Origin: Flavobacteriales bacterium
Lineage (GTDB): Bacteria > Bacteroidota > Bacteroidia > Flavobacteriales_F > PHOS-HE28
Direction of reading: 5' to 3'
Assembly: GCA_016705545.1 (NCBI GenBank)
Contig: JADIYA010000007.1
Coordinates: forward strand, 163,728 to 227,727
Length of the DNA: 64,000 nt
This document shows positions 41,795 to 51,050 of this stretch, in pieces (the first letter of the stretch is position 1; every line of letters starts with the position of its first letter). The notes under the pieces were generated by a model, which did no database searches, had not been told where the DNA came from, and saw nothing but the letters and a program-made list of their open reading frames with translations. A program made the translations under genes and the position numbers.

Positions 41795-43405
41795 TCATCC
41801 GTGCTCGGTGAGCTGCTCCTGCAAGGTCGGTCCTGCATGCCCTGGTTTGCGCGGAACAAGGCTCATGGCATATTCCGCCAGCGCCGTGATGGTCAGGCTC
41901 GGGTTCACGCCCAGGTTCGCGGGGATGATCGAGCCATCCAGGATCCGTAGTTCGGGATAGCCGAAGGCCTCGAAACGGTCATTCACCACACCCTCAACGG
42001 CATCGGCACCCATGGGACAACCACCGAGGATGTGCGCCGTGCTGCTCATGTCGAGCAGTACTTCGGGCAATGCGTTCATGGCCGTGCCGCCGGTCTTCGC
42101 CGCGTATCGGTGCATCACCTCCTGTCCCACGCCGATGAAAGCGGGAATGCGCTTGCCACCATCGCGCGCAACGCTCAGCCTGCCGCCGAAGAGTCCGCGC
42201 TTCCACCGCACGCGCACGGCATTGTCCAGGCTCTGCATCACCAATAAGATGATGCTGTGCCTGCCAAAATCGCGGCGGAGCACTTGGAACGCCTTGCGCG
42301 GCTGCGCAATCGTGTTCCAAAGCGATTTCGCCACGCGCAGCAATGGCGGACCTTCACCTGCTGCCATCACCGCGAGCAGGCCCATGGCACCGGAGCCGTC
42401 GCCGTACTTCACCAGTTCGATGTGCGTGTGCGCATCGGGCTCGAACACGCGACTGATGGCCACGCCGTGGTTGACCTTATCCGGGATGCCGCTGATGCCG
42501 CAGAGCGATTCGCTATTGGTGCGCACCGTGGTACCGAGCCGATCGGACAGCTTGGGCAAGGTGCGCAGATCGTGTTTCTGCCGAAGGAGCAGCTTCAATG
42601 TGCCCATCACGCCCGCGCTCACCACAAGACCTTTTGATCGGAACACGCGCTCCTTGCGTCTGAAAAAGGCCGTTGTGCTGCGCACATGCACATGGTACGA
42701 TCCGTCCCTGTGCTCGATACGCGTGACCTCGGTCTCGGCCTCGATGCGCGCGCCGAATCGCTCCGCGAACCAGAGGTAGTTCTTGTCGAGCGTGTTCTTG
42801 GCGTTGAAACGGCAGCCCACCATGCAGTTGGCGCAGGCCGTGCATCCGGTGCGTTCTGGTCCAAGGCCGTTGAAGTACGGGTCGGTCGGGGTCTTCGCAT
42901 CGCCGAGGTACACGCCCACATGATCCACGGGCTTGTAGGTATCGGTCTTGCCCATGTCGCGCGCGATCTCCGCCAGCACACGGTCCTCAGGACCTTCCTG
43001 CGCGTAACGCGTACTGCCCAGCATGAAGCGGGCGGTGGCGTAGTGCGGAGCCAGGCGCTGCTTCCAATCGCCAAGGCGCGACCACGCGGGATGGCTGAAG
43101 AAGGCATCGCTGGGCATCATGTGCGTGTTGGCGTAGATGAGGCTTCCACCGCCCACACCCGCACCACTGAGCACCATGATCCGATTGAGCAACTCGATCT
43201 GCTGCGGACCGAAGCAGCGCAGCAGCGGTGCCCACAGGAACTTGCGGACGTTCCAATTGGTGCGCGGGAAATCCTTCGCCTCCCAGCGCTTGCCCTTCTC
43301 CAGCACGAGCACGCTGTAGCCCTTCTCCGCCAGCCGCATCGCGCTAACACTGCCACCGAAGCCTGAGCCGATGACGATGTGATCGAGGATGTCGTTGGTG
43401 GGCAT
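41795..43405 (-). CDS. GMC family oxidoreductase (cholesterol-oxidase-like flavoprotein).
   Basis: N-terminal FAD-binding motif DHIVIGSGFGGSVSAMRLAEKGYSVLVLEKG. C-terminal GMC motif ILGGCPMG...VVNDRFEAFGYPELRILDGSIIPANLGVNPSLTI. Confidence 0.9.
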   Translation of the reverse strand: MPTNDILDHIVIGSGFGGSVSAMRLAEKGYSVLVLEKGKRWEAKDFPRTNWNVRKFLWAPLLRCFGPQQIELLNRIMVLSGAGVGGGSLIYANTHMMPSDAFFSHPAWSRLGDWKQRLAPHYATARFMLGSTRYAQEGPEDRVLAEIARDMGKTDTYKPVDHVGVYLGDAKTPTDPYFNGLGPERTGCTACANCMVGCRFNAKNTLDKNYLWFAERFGARIEAETEVTRIEHRDGSYHVHVRSTTAFFRRKERVFRSKGLVVSAGVMGTLKLLLRQKHDLRTLPKLSDRLGTTVRTNSESLCGISGIPDKVNHGVAISRVFEPDAHTHIELVKYGDGSGAMGLLAVMAAGEGPPLLRVAKSLWNTIAQPRKAFQVLRRDFGRHSIILLVMQSLDNAVRVRWKRGLFGGRLSVARDGGKRIPAFIGVGQEVMHRYAAKTGGTAMNALPEVLLDMSSTAHILGGCPMGADAVEGVVNDRFEAFGYPELRILDGSIIPANLGVNPSLTITALAEYAMSLVPRKPGHAGPTLQEQLTEHG

Positions 43406-43440
43406 GCACCAAAGCTACCGGTAGGCCAGAAAGCCTAGCG

Positions 43441-43476
43441 CTCTAGAACTGGAAGTAAATGAAGGGCACCATCTCC
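43441..43476 (+). repeat. Upstream copy of a perfect 36-bp direct repeat (ctctagaactggaagtaaatgaagggcaccatctcc) that flanks the PKD/T9SS gene.
   Basis: Identical to 45040..45075. On the minus strand it encodes ...EEMVPFIYFQF-stop, a duplicate of the MBOAT C-terminus. Confidence 0.9.
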
Positions 43477-43619
43477 TCATTCTGGTTCGGACAGACCTAT
43501 GAACACCGCCGCTCCGTCGGGCCAATCAATCTACGGATAGTGCATATTACAGTATTACATTGCATGTGGCTTATTTAGATGGCATCACGAGCTGCACCTC
43601 AGCGAATCAACCTGAAGCG

Positions 43620-45038
43620 ATGAAAACGCGCACCATTCTCACCTTGCTCAGCGCTTTTGCTGGCCTGCTTGTCCGAGGCCAATGCAGCGCCGACTTCAGC
43701 CACGTTTCGAATTGGGACACCCTTGCGTTCACCAATCTCTCCTCGGTATCGAACGCGCGCTACTATTGGAACTTCGGCGATGGCTCCACGTCGTATGAGG
43801 CGGACCCAGAGCATGTCTTCATTGAGGCGGGTACCTTCCAAGTCACGTTGCATGCACTAGATACCCTAAGCCTCTGTCATAGCTATCACCAAACATGGAT
43901 CTCCGTTTCCCGGCCACCAGATTCGAGCTGCGAGCCGTACATGACCGATTCACAGTTCACGTACAACAACACGGACTATGTCGAGATCTTCGACCAGGCC
44001 ACCGGGTGCACTGGCATGATGCGACACATTGATTGCATGGGCGCGCAGAACTTCTCGCCAGGAAATTGGTTCAACCTAAGTAGCTGGAACAATGCGCTCA
44101 CCATGGCGCGTTTGCGATACACCAGCAACGACTCTATCAATGGACTCGTGTTCCGCCGGGCCTATTACCGCACCATTCCGTACAATCAAACACCCGCTAC
44201 CAGCTACGACACCTGCTCAGCCGACTTCGAGTATCTGATAGACTATCAGCCGAATGGCGCAGTGGTCACCTTCAAGCCGCTGGGATCCCCCAACGCCGAT
44301 ACCGTATGGGTAACGGGCTTCGGCAATCCGATTCCGCTGGTTGGCCAGACTTCAACCTTCACCTTCCCCTATACCGGGGGAAATCTGGGTAAATGGCAGA
44401 ACGTGTGGCGTCGGAACTATGATCCGGCTTACGGATGCCAGAGCCGGCAAGCGCACACCTTGATTATTAGGAACCCTTACTACATAGCCCCACCAACCTG
44501 CCATATCGGCGATCAGCCGCAGGATTTAATGGTCCAGCAGAATGGATCGGCACAGTTCATCATAACTACTGACGCTGGCTCGATCAAGCAATGGCAGCAA
44601 AACGCCGGTCTTGGATGGCAGAACCTCTTCAACGCAGGTCCTTATTCCGGAGTGAACACTGATACGCTCACGGTGGCCAATTGCCAGAATTGGTGGAGCA
44701 ACTACCTCTACCGCTGCGTGGTAACAGCACCTGGCAGCAGTTGCCATAACACAAGCACGGTGGCTGTGCTGAGCGTGACCGTAGGCCTGGAGGAACTGGA
44801 GCAAACTGGAATATCCGCCTTCCCGAATCCGGTGCAAGACAATTTATTCCTGCGATTCTCCGATGCCGGTGGTTCCGCGCGTATCACGATCATCGACACG
44901 CTCGGCAAGGAAGTCCGCAATTCAACTCAAACGGGGAGCACGGCGACAATCGACTTGAGCGACCTCAGCCAAGGGTTGTATATCATCGCGGCGAGGACCG
45001 GCAATCGGCTGTTCCAAGGCCGCATCGTGAAACAATGA
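43620..45038 (+). CDS. PKD-domain protein with a T9SS type A C-terminal sorting domain.
   Basis: Signal peptide MKTRTILTLLSAFAGLLVRGQ. PKD-like region ARYYWNFGDGSTSYEADPEHVFIEAGTFQVTL. C-terminus ISAFPNPVQDNLFLRF...GLYIIAARTGNRLFQGRIVKQ. Its upstream region (43480..43619) is AT-rich compared with the rest of the window. Confidence 0.7.
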   Translation: MKTRTILTLLSAFAGLLVRGQCSADFSHVSNWDTLAFTNLSSVSNARYYWNFGDGSTSYEADPEHVFIEAGTFQVTLHALDTLSLCHSYHQTWISVSRPPDSSCEPYMTDSQFTYNNTDYVEIFDQATGCTGMMRHIDCMGAQNFSPGNWFNLSSWNNALTMARLRYTSNDSINGLVFRRAYYRTIPYNQTPATSYDTCSADFEYLIDYQPNGAVVTFKPLGSPNADTVWVTGFGNPIPLVGQTSTFTFPYTGGNLGKWQNVWRRNYDPAYGCQSRQAHTLIIRNPYYIAPPTCHIGDQPQDLMVQQNGSAQFIITTDAGSIKQWQQNAGLGWQNLFNAGPYSGVNTDTLTVANCQNWWSNYLYRCVVTAPGSSCHNTSTVAVLSVTVGLEELEQTGISAFPNPVQDNLFLRFSDAGGSARITIIDTLGKEVRNSTQTGSTATIDLSDLSQGLYIIAARTGNRLFQGRIVKQ

Positions 45039-45039
45039 C

Positions 45040-45075
45040 CTCTAGAACTGGAAGTAAATGAAGGGCACCATCTCC
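45040..45075 (+). repeat. Downstream copy of the 36-bp direct repeat, overlapping the stop codon and last 11 codons of the MBOAT gene.
   Basis: Exact match to 43441..43476. Confidence 0.9.
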
Positions 45076-46709
45076 GCTGTCACAGTCTGGTAGATGAGCG
45101 CCACCGTGGCGGCGCAGGCCAGTGCCATGGCCCAGAGCGGAAGCGATGCGAAGCCCTCGCGGTAGCGCTGCTTGATGGATTCCGGCAGCCAATGCACCAC
45201 GAGGCCGATGAGCATCAGCATGAACACACTCTTGAATGCGACGAGCACATCGAGCATGTGCCTTGTACCGAAATCACCGGTGAGTTGATGCAGGAAGGCG
45301 TCGGCGGTCTCCAGATCGGGGCTTCTGAACCAGATGCGTGTGAAGGAGATGAAGGCGAAGGTGAGCGCCACCTTCCAGGCATGCGCGAGCCAGTGCGGGC
45401 TCTTCTCCCAGGGACTGATCCGCTTCCACTGCTTGTACACCAGCAGGCCGATCCCGTTGAGGCCGCCCCAGATCACGAACATCCAACTGGCACCATGCCA
45501 CAGACCGCCGATGAGCATGGTGATCATCAGGTTGCTGTTGGTGGTGATCGCTATCTGCAAGCCGGGCCAGAAGCGCGTGAGCACAGCGAACAGCGCAACC
45601 GCACTGAGGTAGACCACCGGCAACCACCACCACCCGGTGAGCAGCACGAGCGCCGCGCCGATCACGCTGAGCATGATCCACGAGAAGAGCGACCCCCCGC
45701 GATTGCCACCCATGGGGATGTAGAGGTAATCGCGCAGCCAGGTGCTGAGGCTCATGTGCCAGCGCTTCCAGAATTCGGCCACGTTGCGCGCCTTGTACGG
45801 GCTGTTGAAATTCATGGTGAGCCGGAAGCCCATGAGCAGCGCGACGCCGATGGCGATGTCGGTGTAGCCGCTGAAGTCGGCGTAGACCTGCAACGAGTAG
45901 CCGCCGAGCGCCATCAGGTTCTCGAAGCCGGTGAATCGGAGGGGATCGGCGAAGACGCGATCGATGAAGTTCACGGCGATGTAGTCGCCCACCACCATCT
46001 TCTTCACGAGGCCATTGAGGATCCAGAAGACAGCGATCCCGAACTCGGCGCGTGCGAGCGCGAAGGGCTTGGTGATCTGCGGGATGAACTCGCTGGCGCG
46101 CACGATGGGGCCAGCCACCAGTTGCGGGAAGAAACTCACGTAGAAGCCGAAATCGAACAGGTTGCGAACGGGCTTAAGGTCGCCCCGGTACACATCGATC
46201 GCGTAGCTCATGCACTGGAAGGTGTAGAAGCTGACGCCCACGGGCAGGAGCACTTTGTTCTCCACGAAATGCGCATCCCACGCGAGGTTGGCCCAGCGCG
46301 CGAAGAAGTTCACCGGCTGGAACGCAGTGCCTGCGATGGCATTGATGTTCTCGACCACGAAGTGCGCGTACTTGAAAAAGAGCAGCACGCTCAGGTTGAG
46401 GGTGATGCTGACCGCGAGCAGCACGCGCTTGCGCAGGCGATCGTCCGTAGCACCGCTGGCACGGCCGATCACGAAATCCATGACGATGCTGAAGAGCAAC
46501 AGGCCCACGAAGAGCCCGCTGGTCTTGTAGTAGAAGAAGAGGCTCACGGCGAATAGCCAGCCGCTGCGAACCAGCGGACGCCGGTGCACCAGCGAATACC
46601 CGGCGAGCACCACGGCGAAGAAGCCCCAGAAGAAGAACCGCGTGAAGATCACCGGCGACTGCGCGTCGTACGCCAGGATCGAGGTCCAGTCGAAGGCGAG
46701 CGTGGTCAT
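45042..46709 (-). CDS. MBOAT family membrane-bound O-acyltransferase (AlgI/DltB/PatA-like).
   Basis: A 555-aa polytopic protein. The MBOAT core FWKRWHMSLSTWLRDYLYIPMGGNRGG has the conserved His. Upstream is FSGYTDIAIGVALLMGF. Confidence 0.9.
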   Translation of the reverse strand: MTTLAFDWTSILAYDAQSPVIFTRFFFWGFFAVVLAGYSLVHRRPLVRSGWLFAVSLFFYYKTSGLFVGLLLFSIVMDFVIGRASGATDDRLRKRVLLAVSITLNLSVLLFFKYAHFVVENINAIAGTAFQPVNFFARWANLAWDAHFVENKVLLPVGVSFYTFQCMSYAIDVYRGDLKPVRNLFDFGFYVSFFPQLVAGPIVRASEFIPQITKPFALARAEFGIAVFWILNGLVKKMVVGDYIAVNFIDRVFADPLRFTGFENLMALGGYSLQVYADFSGYTDIAIGVALLMGFRLTMNFNSPYKARNVAEFWKRWHMSLSTWLRDYLYIPMGGNRGGSLFSWIMLSVIGAALVLLTGWWWLPVVYLSAVALFAVLTRFWPGLQIAITTNSNLMITMLIGGLWHGASWMFVIWGGLNGIGLLVYKQWKRISPWEKSPHWLAHAWKVALTFAFISFTRIWFRSPDLETADAFLHQLTGDFGTRHMLDVLVAFKSVFMLMLIGLVVHWLPESIKQRYREGFASLPLWAMALACAATVALIYQTVTAEMVPFIYFQF

Positions 46710-46767
46710 GCCGGTGCGTAGCGTCGCTTGAATGCGATCCGGTAGCTCATAGCAGAACTTTCACGGG

Positions 46768-48033
46768 TCATGGGGCCGTGCGCTTGAGGTGCTCCCCGTA
46801 CTTCTCGATCATCGCACCGAACAGCAGGTCGCCCAGCAGTTCGTAGCCCGCGCGGTTCAGGTGAACACGGTCGGCTTTGGCCATGCCCGCCTTCTCCCAG
46901 CGCCTGATGCTGGCCTCTCCGCCCATCACGCCCCAGCTGTCCCAGACACCCACGCCTTCATTGGCGCTGAGGCGCAGCATGGCATCGCGCACCGCACCCG
47001 CGTTCTTGTTCACGAAGCGCCGCTTCATGTAGCTGTCCGTGTTGGTGGTGAGCAGGATCGCGGCACCCGGTTCCGCGACGCGGATGCGGCGGATCAGCTC
47101 CCGGTAGTTGGCCTCATACCGCGCCGCGTTGAAGTCGGGATCATGCGCGTCGTTGATGCCGATGGAGAGGATGACGAGGTCCGGTCCCAGGAGCAAGCTC
47201 CTCGCTGAAGCGCTGGCAGCGCAGCCAACTCGTGGTGCTCGCGCCATTCACGCCGAGGGCATGCAGCACCACACCGGGGTCGTCGCCGTCGAGCACGATG
47301 CCGCGCAAGGTGAATTGCCGCTGCATGGAATCGGTACGCGCGATGCGCAGCTGCAGCGTGTCCACGTACCGGTCGTAAGTGAACTCGGTGAACCCGCCGG
47401 CTTCATCCACGCGACGAGCGATGCGCAGCGTGCTGTCCCGATCCCACGCGGTGACGGCGTAGCTGCTGTCCGGGCGATGCAGCACCCGCACGCGCCGGAA
47501 AGGATATCCCGCATGGATGTCTGTTCGGAAGCTCACCTTCAGCTCAGCGAGCGTGTCACGCGTGGTGGCGCTGATTCCGCGATGCCGAGGATGCTGCTGT
47601 CGGCGCGCGTGACATTGCGCACGGCAGTCCACTTGCCGGTGTACTCCGGCCGGTACCACCATGGCGTGTTGCTCTTCGCCATGGCATAAGGGAAGACGAA
47701 GCCGCGTCCTGCGCGCATACCGGGCGACAATGTCTGCAAGCGGTGCCGCAACTGCATGCTCCATTGATCGGCCTGCACATGCGAACCGCCGATATGAGCA
47801 ATGCTCATTCTCCCTTCACCCTCGAAGACCAGCTTGTCCAATTTGGCGTGAAAACGTGCCCACGCCGCGCTATCGCCTTTGAAGATGATCCGGTTCGCAG
47901 CGGCGTTCACGAAGGGAAGCTCCTTCACGCGCACCGGATTGCCCTGCGAATGGGCCGATGATGCCAGCAACATCGCCAGCAGTGCGATGAGGAGGCGGCT
48001 ATTGCTGCGCGGCATGATGATCGGCGTAGGCAT
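46768..48033 (-). CDS. SGNH/GDSL hydrolase family protein (DltD/PatB-like), with the frame broken in two places.
   Basis: Three consecutive minus-strand ORFs encode parts of one protein: 47539..48033 (signal peptide ...MSIAHIGGSHVQADQW..., the SGNH block I Ser region), 47141..47764, and 46768..47247 (...LVILSIGINDAHDP...DRVHLNRAGYELLGD, blocks III and V). Confidence 0.55.
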
Positions 48034-49475
48034 CGATCAGAGCGGTGTAGAAGAGCTCGCCCACTTTGCGCGCGCCCAACGGGCTGAAATGCGTGTAGTC
48101 CTCGGCAGCGAGCGGCGGATCGGCCTGCACCCAGCTCACCATGCTGTTGCGGCCGCCCATGGCGTCGTACATGTCCCAGAACACCGCGCCTTGCGCGAGC
48201 GTGTTGGCCTTCATCGCGTCGCGCACGTCCTCGAGGTAGGGCCGCGTCACATAGTCTTCGCCTTCTTTGATGCTCATGTCGCTGGGGCCGATGACGACCA
48301 CCGGAACACCGGGCGCCAGCTTGCGGAAGCGGCCGATCTGCGCGCCGAAGAAGCGGCCATACTGCTCCGCTTCCTCCTTGCTCTTCAGGCTGGGGCACGT
48401 TGCCGCCGTATTGGAGGATCAACCAGGAAGGACCGAGCTGTGCGTACATCGACGCTAATAGCCCCTTGGTCCTGCCGCTTGAATTCTAGCCCGCGGCGCC
48501 GCGTGCCGCGATGTTGTCCACAGCCACTCCATTGCGGCCATCGAGGGCGATACCGAAGACGTCGGGACTGTCTGTCCCTCGGAAGCGAAGGGTCAACTCC
48601 TTCGGCGGCGATTCGAGTCGCCATTCGCGCAGCAGCAGTTCGTTCGCGGGGGCGATGGTCTCACTCGTAAGCTCCACCCCATCGGCTTCCACCGTGATGG
48701 TCACAGGTGCGCGGTGCCAACCGAACCAGAGCTTGCACCGGCTCCACGCCTGCGCTTTCGCGTAGCACTTGCGGTCGGGCTTCAAGGTCACGAATGCCTC
48801 ATGCACGATGGTGTCCGGCACGATGGTGTCGTTGAGGATAGGTGAGAATCGGGAGAATGCGGAGAGTGCGCCGAACCGATCGTGGCGCTGCTCTTTGGGC
48901 TTCTTGCCCATCACGCTGTACCGATTCCAATCGCCGCCGAGTACGCGCTCCACGCTGAAGTGCGGCACAATGTCCGCCACGGCAATGAGGCCCGGGCCGT
49001 TGCCTCCGAATTGCACTTGCAGTTTGTTCCGCACGTATGCCGTGATCCGATCGCCCTCGATCTGCGAATCACCGTAGTGCAGGATGCGGACCGGCTTCGC
49101 CTGCGCCGCAGCCGACTCCAGATCAGCGAAGAATGGCTGAAGCACCGACGCACCTTGCGCGGGGAAATGCAGCTTGATGCGCTCCTCCAATGGCGCTAGA
49201 GTGCTCGGGTCGAAGGCTGGCACCGATGCGGCCGAATCAGCGGGCACTTCCACGGTGATCGTGTCCAATGCCGCCTCTGTTGAATCCGTGGCCACCGCCA
49301 GGATATCACTGATGTCCACGCGCACCTGTTCCTCGGGAAAGAGAACGTCGCGCCAGCGCGGCATGCGTAACGTGAGCCCGCCGATGGATAGACCGTCCTG
49401 TGGGATCAGCTGCCCGATGAGCGTTAGCAAAGCCAGCACCGCGAGCAGGAAAACGAGCACGCGTGCCGGACTCAT
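47999..49475 (-). CDS. Second SGNH hydrolase family protein (paralogue, DltD/Ape-like), with an in-frame TAG at about 48486 and an additional frame break.
   Basis: ORF 48486..49475 has the N-terminus MSPARVLVFLLAVLALLTLIGQL...RILHYGDSQIEGDRITAYVR (GDS block). It continues past the TAG as ...GLLASMYAQLGPSWLILQYGGN. ORF 47999..48301 (...VVVIGPSDMSIKEGEDYVTRPYLEDVRDAMK...DYTHFSPLGARKVGELFYTALIDAY) is the C-terminal block. There is an ATGA overlap with the mltD-like gene stop. Confidence 0.5.
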
Positions 49476-50956
49476 CGCTTGGTGGGGACTTTGATGCGCT
49501 GGCCAGGCCGGATGCCAGGGCCGATGCCGTTCACCCGCATGAGGCTGTCGGCATCGACGCCGGGATAACGCTTCGCGATGCCGTAGAGCGAATCGCCCTT
49601 CCGCACCGTGTACCACGTGAAGCGTTCTCCCGTTGAATGCGAAAGCGCATCACCGGCCTTCAGCGGCACCTGCGCCGTCGAGCCATCGGGTTTCGGCGAA
49701 GCATCGTTCACCGGTTCATCGGCATCGTCGTTCTTCTCCTGCTGCTTCTCGAAGCGCGCGCGCTGCGCAGGCGTCACCCAGATAACCAGTTCCTCGCCCA
49801 CATCGATGTGATCGCTGCGCATGCGGTTCCAAGTCTTGATCTGCGACACCTTCACGTTGAAGCGCTGCGCGATACGGCCGAGGAAATCGCCGCTGCGCAC
49901 GCGGTAGTAGATAGCCTCACGGCCGCTCGGCCCTTGTGCCACGGCATCGGTGCCGGGCTCGCTAGCGGTGCGTGCGCGTTCAATCAGCGCTAGCTGCACA
50001 TGCGCAATGGAATCGGACAACGCCGTATAGCGGACGCCCTCGCCCTTGGGCACCAGCAGCGCATGGTAGGCGGGCACCTGCGCGCCGCAGAGCGTGGGAT
50101 TGAGTGCACGTAATCGGGGCACCGGCAGGCCCAAGGCCACCGCCAGCGCATCGAAGCGCACGGGCTGCGGGGATCGCAGGGTGTCTGCGGGCTCCATCGG
50201 TGTCACCATCATGGGCGCAATGCCGAGTTGGTCCTGGTGCAATGCGAGGTAGCTCATCGCCATCCATAAGGGCAGCGCATCGCGCACGCCTTCGGTCACA
50301 TGCGGATAGAGCTCGCGCAGCTCCGGAGTCGCGCGTGTGCGTCCGATCGCGCGCTGCACGTTTGCCGGTCCGCAGGCGAAGGCCATGATCGTTCGGCTCC
50401 AGTCGCTGTAGTGCTGGAAGAGGTCCTTGAGGTAGCGTGCCGCGGCCATCGTGCACAGGCGTGGATCGCGGCGCTCGTCCACTTCACCGTTCACTCGCAG
50501 GCCGTAGCGCAGTGCCACTGGATAGGTGAGCATCCAGAGGCCAGCGCCGCCTTCCGGACCCTCGGCCAACGTGTTCATGCACGAGAGCGCGAGCGGTAGG
50601 CGCTTCAGCTCCTTCGGCAAGCCGTGCTGCACCAATTCGCCCTCGATGAGTGCATCGTACGCACGGGCAAGTCCGAGAGCAGCCCGCAGGTCGTCGCGGC
50701 GCGCCTCACCGAGCACGTCCACGTAGCGCGCTACGAGGCTGTCAGCGAAGACGGGCAAGCCGGGCTGTCCGGTGCGCAGCTTGGCGTACAGGTCGCGCAT
50801 GTCCATGGCGCGTACCACGCCCGGCCCGTGCTGGCGACGGTCGGCTTCCTGTGCCGCTTGCACGGGCCACGTGGCGGCGAGGCTATCGAGCCGCCACAGT
50901 GGCTGCGCTGCTGCGCACGCAGTGGTGAGAACGGAGAGGAACGCGAAGGCGCGCAT
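49472..50956 (-). CDS. Membrane-bound lytic murein transglycosylase D-like protein (SLT domain plus two LysM domains).
   Basis: Signal peptide MRAFAFLSVLTTACAAAQ. SLT catalytic region LPLALSCMNTLAEGPEGGAGLWMLTYPVALRYGL...TIMAFACGPANVQRAI. Two LysM repeats: YYRVRSGDFLGRIAQRFNVKVSQIKTWN and WYTVRKGDSLYGIAKRY. Confidence 0.85.
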   Translation of the reverse strand: MRAFAFLSVLTTACAAAQPLWRLDSLAATWPVQAAQEADRRQHGPGVVRAMDMRDLYAKLRTGQPGLPVFADSLVARYVDVLGEARRDDLRAALGLARAYDALIEGELVQHGLPKELKRLPLALSCMNTLAEGPEGGAGLWMLTYPVALRYGLRVNGEVDERRDPRLCTMAAARYLKDLFQHYSDWSRTIMAFACGPANVQRAIGRTRATPELRELYPHVTEGVRDALPLWMAMSYLALHQDQLGIAPMMVTPMEPADTLRSPQPVRFDALAVALGLPVPRLRALNPTLCGAQVPAYHALLVPKGEGVRYTALSDSIAHVQLALIERARTASEPGTDAVAQGPSGREAIYYRVRSGDFLGRIAQRFNVKVSQIKTWNRMRSDHIDVGEELVIWVTPAQRARFEKQQEKNDDADEPVNDASPKPDGSTAQVPLKAGDALSHSTGERFTWYTVRKGDSLYGIAKRYPGVDADSLMRVNGIGPGIRPGQRIKVPTKR

Positions 50957-51050
50957 GGGGGCGCGTAAAGCAAGAACCGCGCGCACCTTGGAACACGCGA
51001 CGCAGCGTGGGCATTTTGCACGGATGGGTGTTGAGGGGGTGCAATGACCC

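Noticed and set aside
43560-43619. The ORF track starts the PKD gene at 43560 (MHVAYLDGITSCTSANQPEA...).
   Set aside because: The internal ATG at 43620 is immediately followed by a canonical signal peptide. The upstream 20 codons lie in the AT-rich promoter-like stretch.
46768-49475. Calling the two SGNH genes, the TonB receptor, the DUF4397 gene and the adhesin pseudogenes.
   Set aside because: The same class of lesion affects the essential rho and valS, so systematic sequence error is the more economical explanation.
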